Source of the DNA: a virus
IMG/VR virus record: IMGVR_UViG_3300045988_000071
Location: 1-5,455 of that record
Direction: 5' to 3' (one strand)
DNA length: 5,455 bases
The notes beneath the pieces were generated by a model, which did no database searches, was not told the origin of the DNA, and saw only the letters and a list, made by a program, of their open reading frames with translations. Shown here one piece after another: positions 4,706 through 5,455 of this stretch (position 1 is the first letter of the stretch; the number at the start of each line of letters is the position of its first letter). A program made the position numbers and the translations under genes.

Positions 4706-4793
4706 GGACAAAAAAATCTTTACCCAGACGGCGAAGAAAACCAAGGCCGTCAACGTAAGTCCAAAGAACATGAGAGGAGGCACCAGACTGTAA
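4674..4793 (+). CDS. VP8: Small basic DNA-binding/packaging protein (gokushovirus ORF8/VP8-like, functional analogue of phiX174 J), not in the ORF track
   Basis: Hand translation: MAKRTKMTSSKDKKIFTQTAKKTKAVNVSPKNMRGGTRL (39 aa, 12 K/R). AAGGAGG (4658-4664) lies 9 nt upstream. The C-terminal MRGGxRL and N-terminal basic KxxKxIFxxTA pattern match my recollection of this family. The stop overlaps the next start (TAATG). Confidence 0.75.
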   Translation: MAKRTKMTSSKDKKIFTQTAKKTKAVNVSPKNMRGGTRL

Positions 4794-5035
4794 TGCTCAA
4801 ACGTTATTATGCAATCTACGACAAAGTCGCCAAGACCTGCAGCGGACTCTTTGAACAGCAGAACGACGCAGTCGCAAGCAGACTCTTTGAGAGCCAGCAG
4901 AAGAACAAAGACAGCTTTATCAGTGTAAAGCCGGAGGACTTCCAGCTACACTACATCTGCACCATGGAGGACGAAACCGGCCAGATTATCGATAACACCA
5001 AAATGCTGGTGTGTGAGGGCAAGCCCAATGAGTGA
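4793..5035 (+). CDS. VP5: VP5-like non-structural protein (gokushovirus ORF5 family)
   Basis: 80-aa ORF. GAGGAGG (4774-4780) lies upstream. Pattern Y.IYD.K...... LF...ND..A.R.F ... KPEDF.L..I...DE.TG resembles Chlamydia-phage/gokushovirus VP5 as I recall it. It sits immediately upstream of VP3, as in gokushoviruses. Confidence 0.75.
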   Translation: MLKRYYAIYDKVAKTCSGLFEQQNDAVASRLFESQQKNKDSFISVKPEDFQLHYICTMEDETGQIIDNTKMLVCEGKPNE

Positions 5036-5455
5036 ATTTAGAAGCGCATACAGCGGCCACGCGAGACATACGAGTCCGACCGGGAACGGACACGAACCCG
5101 AATACGAGTACAAAGTAACCGAAACCGGCAGAGAGTTGATGAAAACCGGCGAAACAGACGTCTATGCACTCATCCAGAGCCGTCTCGATGAGACCAAAAT
5201 CGAAAACATCATCAAAAGAGCAACCTACGATCCGACGGCGCTGGGCGGCCAGGAATGGCAGAACAGTGCACAGATGGTGGACATCACCGACGTGCCGACG
5301 GACTACCACACATGGTACAACCGCATAGAGGACGCAAAGAAGCAGTTCGAAGCACTGCCTATCGAAGTCAAAAACAAATGGGACAACGACGTGGAAAAGT
5401 ACGTCATGGCCTACGGCACAGCAGAATGGGCCGATAAAATGGGCCTGCTGAAAGA
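5028..5455 (+). CDS. VP3: Internal scaffolding protein VP3, 3'-open at the window end. The full gene is 5028..5356 + 1..148 on the circle, 158 aa. Not in the ORF track.
   Basis: ATG 5028 (inside aatgagtga, overlapping the VP5 stop) follows GAGGG (5015-5019). The hand-translated frame has no stop to the window end: MSEFRSAYSGHARH...DYHTWYNRIEDAKKQFEALPIEVKNKWDNDVEKYV...KMGLLK. The N-terminal M.FRSAYS and C-terminal F..LP..V...W.ND....(GLL) patterns match gokushovirus VP3. Confidence 0.85.
   Translation, partial: MSEFRSAYSGHARHTSPTGNGHEPEYEYKVTETGRELMKTGETDVYALIQSRLDETKIENIIKRATYDPTALGGQEWQNSAQMVDITDVPTDYHTWYNRIEDAKKQFEALPIEVKNKWDNDVEKYVMAYGTAEWADKMGLLK
5357..5455. repeat. Terminal direct repeat, copy 2 (identical to 1..99)
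   Basis: Same comparison as copy 1. The repeat lies inside the VP3 coding sequence, so it is an assembly or circular-permutation overlap, not a biological repeat. Confidence 0.97.

Noticed and set aside
4986-5309. 107-aa minus-strand ORF, plus 4460-4645 (-) and 5255-5437 (+, alternate frame).
   Set aside because: They overlap the VP3 scaffold gene or the small-gene cassette in antisense or off-frame. The 5255-5437 product is an Arg/Gly/His-rich artefact that runs into the terminal duplication. VP3 in the third frame explains the region.

Overview
The window is one complete, circularly permuted genome of a Gokushovirinae-like Microviridae ssDNA phage. Bases 1-99 are identical to 5357-5455, so the unit genome is 5,356 nt and the window over-runs the circle by 99 nt. 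All genes I can support are on the + strand. They are VP1 major capsid (145-1797, GTG start), VP2 minor capsid/pilot (1869-2672) and VP4 HUH rolling-circle Rep (2669-3691). A 682-nt non-coding region follows (3692-4373), then a chain of overlapping small genes: a 68-aa orphan (4374-4580), a 47-aa orphan (4562-4705), a 39-aa basic J/VP8-like DNA-binding protein (4674-4793) and a VP5-like protein (4793-5035). The last gene is the VP3 internal scaffold (5028 across the circular junction to 148, 158 aa). VP3 and the two shortest genes are missing from the supplied ORF track: VP3 is open-ended at the window edge and the other two are under 60 aa. The minus-strand and alternate-frame track ORFs look like decoys. 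The most unusual part is the 682-nt non-coding region, about 12.7% of the genome. It holds several strong hairpins and a duplicated alternating CG/CA element that is also a quasi-palindrome. It also has about 11 same-orientation GT(T/G)GAAA 9-mers, eight of them arranged as 4 + central hairpin + 4, and two exactly fit the relaxed DnaA-box consensus. A nested GC-rich hairpin, phased A-tracts and a near-consensus extended -10 sigma70-type promoter complete the region. Protein identities come from motifs I recall, not from database searches, and no tools were run.
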